From IMG/VR virus record IMGVR_UViG_3300029922_000049: DNA of 64,000 bases; one strand, 5' to 3'. A program made the position numbers and the translations under genes. Of the stretch, positions 59,532 through 64,000 are shown piece by piece. Origin of the DNA: an uncultured virus (IMG/VR IMGVR_UViG_3300029922_000049) (lineage: Duplodnaviria > Heunggongvirae > Uroviricota > Caudoviricetes). Position 1 is the stretch's first letter. The number at the start of each line of letters is the position of its first letter. Below the pieces are notes generated by a model. That model worked only from the letters and a program-made list of their open reading frames with translations, was not told the origin of the DNA and made no database searches.

Positions 59532-60992
59532 TTATAATTTTTCACGGAGTATTAAATAATAATCTTTTTTGTAAGGATTATTATTTAATGCTTGGATAAG
59601 CCTCTCATTATCCGTCCATACCTTACTGTCAATAAAATCATTGATCAAAAGGGTTCTTTTCTTATTCCTGTCATTAACTGTGTAAAACAATTTTTCGCCG
59701 AAACGTTCTTCGAAATTATATAATGTTTTACCTGCATTAACATCAGCATTTATTTTTTTACCACAGCAAAGACATTCAAATTCTTTCTGTGATTTTCTAT
59801 TATTTTTGTCTATATATCCACATTTACTACAAGTCTGGCTTGAGTAAGCTGCATCAATAAATTTAATTTTAACTCCGTAATCTATTTTTAATTGATTAAG
59901 TTTACTCTTGATAATACTTAATCCAAATCTATGGAGTAAACGATTATTCTTTTTGCCAATGTTACTACCTTTAAAATCTAAATCTTCCATGATTAAGGTT
60001 TCTGGTTTATATTTTTTATAAATTTTATTAAATATCCGATTGATCTCGTTTTTACTGAAATCTCTAATCATATTAACTAATTTATTATATTCACTAAACT
60101 CAGATAACTTTACATACTTACCATGAATTTCTTTCAAATGATTAGTTAATATCATTAATTGATCATCTAATTTCTTTAACTTTTTCAAGTACCATTTACC
60201 GTAGGTTTCTCCATTATTTGTTGCTAACAGAATATTTAATCCAATGTCAAACGATAATTTAACTTTACTTAATTCTGGTTTAATAATATCTAATTCTTTA
60301 GTTATCAATACACTATTGAATTTATGATCTTTGAATATTAATGTACAAGAAGTATTAAGTTTACCTTCAAATTTGTCAGCGTATTTATTATTTAGTAAAG
60401 GAATGTAATAAAATTTACCTTTGATATTTTTTTTTCCTGATGATAATTTAATTACATATTTTATATTAGAATTTAAGCCAGTTGGTGTTTCAATGACGGC
60501 AATTTTATACTGAAGTACCATGTTAATATTTTTGCATGATGGTAATTTACCAAAGAAGTTCTTGAATATCCAACGACCAAGTTTAATTGTTTCGTAATTT
60601 ACCTTGTGATTTTTACCATGAATGTCTTCATTAATGAAAAATAAATTCCTTTTATTTACTAAACATAAATCTTTCTTTATTTCGTTACTTAAGTTACTTG
60701 ATAGTACAATCTTGTTGAATTTACGCTTGAAATTACTGACTTTAGATTTAAACAATCCAACTACTTGTCTATTTATTGCATCTTTATAACGTTCAGTTAG
60801 AAATGTATAAACGTCTTTGTAGAGCGAGTTATCAATACAAATTGAATTATATTTATAGTAATGATTCATATGTTTATTTATTAACACTTCAGCTACTCTA
60901 CGCCACTCTGGATATAATTTATCCTGAATGTGTTTTGTTTTAATATCATTTGCGTTGGTGATAAATTTATAAGATTTGATCATTAAATTCAA
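59532..60992 (-). CDS. tnpB: Solo TnpB (IS200/IS605/IS607-type RNA-guided nuclease)
   Basis: SFDIGLN, MEDLDF, YSSQTCSKCG...FECLCCG...NADVNA. No adjacent transposase. Confidence 0.88.
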   Translation of the reverse strand: MNLMIKSYKFITNANDIKTKHIQDKLYPEWRRVAEVLINKHMNHYYKYNSICIDNSLYKDVYTFLTERYKDAINRQVVGLFKSKVSNFKRKFNKIVLSSNLSNEIKKDLCLVNKRNLFFINEDIHGKNHKVNYETIKLGRWIFKNFFGKLPSCKNINMVLQYKIAVIETPTGLNSNIKYVIKLSSGKKNIKGKFYYIPLLNNKYADKFEGKLNTSCTLIFKDHKFNSVLITKELDIIKPELSKVKLSFDIGLNILLATNNGETYGKWYLKKLKKLDDQLMILTNHLKEIHGKYVKLSEFSEYNKLVNMIRDFSKNEINRIFNKIYKKYKPETLIMEDLDFKGSNIGKKNNRLLHRFGLSIIKSKLNQLKIDYGVKIKFIDAAYSSQTCSKCGYIDKNNRKSQKEFECLCCGKKINADVNAGKTLYNFEERFGEKLFYTVNDRNKKRTLLINDFIDSKVWTDNERLIQALNNNPYKKDYYLILREKL

Positions 60993-61123
60993 TAATTATT
61001 TGGTTTAATCAAAATATATTTGTATCTTTGTACTATATATAAATAATATAAAATAAAGTTTAATATAATATTTTTCTATATTATTGATTAAAATTCTATA
61101 ATATCATTGATAGATTATAAGAC

Positions 61124-61648
61124 TTATATTTTTTTAATGTTGTCTATTTTATCAAGTTTAATTTTTCTTACTGCTTTTATTGTATCACTATAAGATAGAT
61201 TGTTTTTATGTTCAGACCATATTCTATTTTTAATTCTATCGTCTGAATTATCATAACAAGATTTACAAATTGTTGATATCCATCCTTTTGTAAATCCAAT
61301 ATTTTCAGTTGATCCACAAAATTCACAAGTATTTGCAGACATATTTTCAGCAAATCTTACCATACCATCTATTTGTTCATCGCCTCCATTAAAATAGAAA
61401 CTTAAAGTTCCAAATTTTTCTTTAACTTGAGTTGCAACAACTTGAGAGATTTTTTTATCATCAGATCTATATTCGTTATTATTATCTATATAATTTTGAA
61501 TAGAATAACATAACTGATCTAATATCCAAAACCAACCATCACCATGTTCAAATCCCCAACACATTGCAGTCTTAGTCATACCTTCATAACGATCTATGAA
61601 AATTTTTGGATATTTTTTAACTAAATAGTTATCTAATTTTTCAGTCAT
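61124..61648 (-). CDS. Conserved phage hypothetical protein with Zn finger
   Basis: GDGW..I...QVKEKFG.L.FY...CEFCG...C..C. C-terminal RKIKLDKI tag. Confidence 0.7.
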   Translation of the reverse strand: MTEKLDNYLVKKYPKIFIDRYEGMTKTAMCWGFEHGDGWFWILDQLCYSIQNYIDNNNEYRSDDKKISQVVATQVKEKFGTLSFYFNGGDEQIDGMVRFAENMSANTCEFCGSTENIGFTKGWISTICKSCYDNSDDRIKNRIWSEHKNNLSYSDTIKAVRKIKLDKIDNIKKI

Positions 61649-61655
61649 AATAATT

Positions 61656-62405
61656 TTATTTATCTAATACATATTTATCATAATAATCATTAAATCCATC
61701 CATCATAGTGGTAATTGAATTTGAATTATCATCTTTTAATCCAATAATAGTATCGATCAAACCATATTGTACTGCTTGATCTGAATTTAACCATTTATCT
61801 CTTTGACAAAAATTGTGGATTTCTTCAAACGGCTTTCCAGTATTTTGAGAAAGAATCTTGAATAATAAAAAATTATATTTTTCAGTCTCCATTTGACTAA
61901 TACGAGTGTCATCTACTTTACCACTAGTTCCAGCAGCAACATGATGTAACATAACGGTAGCATTAATTAGTGATGAACGTTTACCTTTTTCACCAGAAGA
62001 AAGTAGAACAGACCCCATTGACGCGCACATTGCTAAATTGACTGTAGACACATCAGACTTAATCCAGTTCATTACATCAATGATACCAAGTCCTTGTATA
62101 ACTGACCCGCCTGGACTTGAAATTTGCATTGTAATATCCTTTCCAGGTTCTGCATTATCCAAATATAACAATTGTGCTTGAATAATATCTGACATAACAT
62201 CATCTACTTCTCCAGAGACCCATAAAATTCTATCTAAAAGCAATCTATCAAACACAGATAATTGTGTAACATTTAATTTTCTTTCTTCTAATATCATAGG
62301 GGTTAGTCCATAATTCTTAATTTGATATTTTATTGCATTATCTACCACTGTTGAATTCATACGTAAATGCTTAGTAGCGTAGTTTTTGAAATCGTTTTTC
62401 TGCAT
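61656..62405 (-). CDS. clpP: ATP-dependent Clp protease proteolytic subunit
   Basis: AQLLYLD, ISSPGGSV, CASMGS (catalytic Ser), MLHH, RDKWL...YGLID. Confidence 0.95.
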   Translation of the reverse strand: MQKNDFKNYATKHLRMNSTVVDNAIKYQIKNYGLTPMILEERKLNVTQLSVFDRLLLDRILWVSGEVDDVMSDIIQAQLLYLDNAEPGKDITMQISSPGGSVIQGLGIIDVMNWIKSDVSTVNLAMCASMGSVLLSSGEKGKRSSLINATVMLHHVAAGTSGKVDDTRISQMETEKYNFLLFKILSQNTGKPFEEIHNFCQRDKWLNSDQAVQYGLIDTIIGLKDDNSNSITTMMDGFNDYYDKYVLDK

Positions 62406-62442
62406 AATTTAATATTTTAGTTATTATTTAATTGATTAGATA

Positions 62443-62473
62443 CAAAGATAAGGAAAGTTTTTGAATTACCAAA
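62443..62473 (-). promoter_or_regulatory. Bacteroidota primary-sigma promoter for clpP
   Basis: TTTG-N19-TATCTTTG. Confidence 0.8.
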
Positions 62474-62492
62474 GGAAACTCAATATTTTTTA

Positions 62493-62550
62493 AATAAACC
62501 TATAATTATCAAGTAAATTGTATAATGCACTTGATAATTATAGGTTTATT
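62493..62550. repeat. Perfect 22-bp inverted repeat with a 14-nt spacer
   Basis: aataaacctataattatcaagt / acttgataattataggtttatt. Confidence 0.9.
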
Positions 62551-63853
62551 ATAATGATTTTTTAATTAGGCTTCTGTTGTTTCATCTTCAGATTCAACTT
62601 CTGTTCCTTCTTCTTCATCATTAAGTTGTGATAGCATAACATCTTTCAATTTCTGCATTCTTTCGTCTGAGAAAAGAGATTTTACTTTTTCATCATCAAT
62701 TGGATATGAAATTTCATTATCCAACACATGATAAAGATAATCAATAGCTAAATCTTGATCAGCTTTTTCACAAAGGAAATCAATTAATGCTAATTTGTCA
62801 GTTTCACTAAGATCAAAAATTTTAATTTCTTTAACCTCATTAAGAAATTCTTTTTGATTTTCAGTTGTTGGATCAGTTAATTCTGATAATTTTTCTGTAA
62901 TGTTCATAATTTTTTATTTATAATTTTTTATTGTTTAATATATTTTTAATTAATATCCTTCTTCTTCGTCGTCTTCTTTATATGAATTATTGATATCTTC
63001 ATCATCATTAAGATCTTGTACATCAGATACTACAGTTTCTACAATTTCTATATCATCATACACTAATGTATTATCCTGCATAATACTTTCTGAAAGTTCT
63101 TGTGCATATTGTTCTACTCTTTCATAATCAGCGTCTTCCGATTCAATTGAAAGAGTCATTTGAATTTTATATTCCTTTTTTTTCATATTTTATTTTTTAT
63201 TTTTTATCTTCTTTTACTTCGATTTTTAATATTCTATGTGATGGTATAAATAAGAAATCTTTATCAAATTGTTGCCATACTCCATTATTTCCTATTCCTG
63301 TCACATTTTGCCTTAATGTGTATTCATTTTCATACTCAGTAGGTATTGTTATTTCTGTTTCATCATCAAGATAAACTATTATATTATAATTCATAAATTT
63401 AATTTTTTCTTATATACTAAAAGAAAAACAATAAGTTTATAATAAGTTTATAATAAGTAGTCTTCTATCTCTGATAGCGGGGGTGCACCCTCCAAATATG
63501 TATATCTTAACCTGAATCGGCAGACTTCTTATTATAAACTAGATTTATTTTCTAAATATTTAACATATTGATATAGTATTACATTTTCTTTAATTGATTC
63601 ATCTATTATTTCAAATAAAATATCAATTTCTGAATTTAGCCAATTAATTGGCTCTTCTTTCCATTCATCTGGTATAATACCAATAGGAGTAGAAGATACA
63701 AACATTTTTATTTTTTGCTTTGCATCATTAATAACATTAATATTCTCATCAATTTTATTTCTTACATCTTCAATAGCCTCAAAAGACATTCTATTAAGAT
63801 ATACATTTGCTGTAAAATCTGTTCCCCAACCCATAATTATATTTTTATATCAA

Positions 63854-63953
63854 CAAAGATAATATATTTATTTCTAATTACCAAATTAATTGTTCAATAT
63901 TTTTGTTTATTTTTATATCAACAAAGATAATATATTTATTTATACCTACCAAA
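63854..63953 (-). promoter_or_regulatory. Tandemly duplicated Bacteroidota promoter
   Basis: Two copies of TTTG-N20-TATCTTTG, 68 bp apart, with shared flanks. Confidence 0.8.
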
Positions 63954-64000
63954 TTTATTTCTCAAAATCTTCCTTTATTTTATATCCCCGTTTTTCCATA

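Noticed and set aside
59532..60992. Cas12f/type V CRISPR effector
   Set aside because: No CRISPR array or cas genes nearby, so it is treated as TnpB.

Overview
Very AT-rich (about 20% GC by eye), gene-dense segment of a large T4-like or jumbo phage that probably infects Bacteroidota. The host inference rests on repeated TTTG-N19/20-TAnnTTTG promoters. The window holds three paralogous gp9/gp10-like fibre genes with 9-aa beta-helix repeats, a long minus-strand block of small early genes, an IS607 (tnpA+tnpB) that cleanly splits a gene, and a solo tnpB. It also has GIY-YIG and HNH endonucleases, two MoxR-like AAA ATPases with a HExxH/VWA partner, ankyrin proteins, ClpP, a DNA methyltransferase, an SPFH lipoprotein and several nucleotide/redox enzymes. 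The main finding is an array of five tRNA genes, all tRNA-Leu (TAA, TAA, AAG, CAA, TAG). It lies directly downstream of an unannotated 30-codon Leu-rich leader ORF with mutually exclusive 1:2, 2:3 and 3:4 hairpins. This looks like a ribosome-dependent, leucyl-tRNA-sensing attenuator that controls phage tRNA supply. Dozens of unrelated ORFs also carry short shared terminal tags that track with strand and promoter class: a T4 capsid-targeting-like N-terminus, a C-terminal KFN[LIM], and a C-terminal RKxKLxK[LI]. All calls are by eye from the sequence and ORF track; no searches or folding were run.
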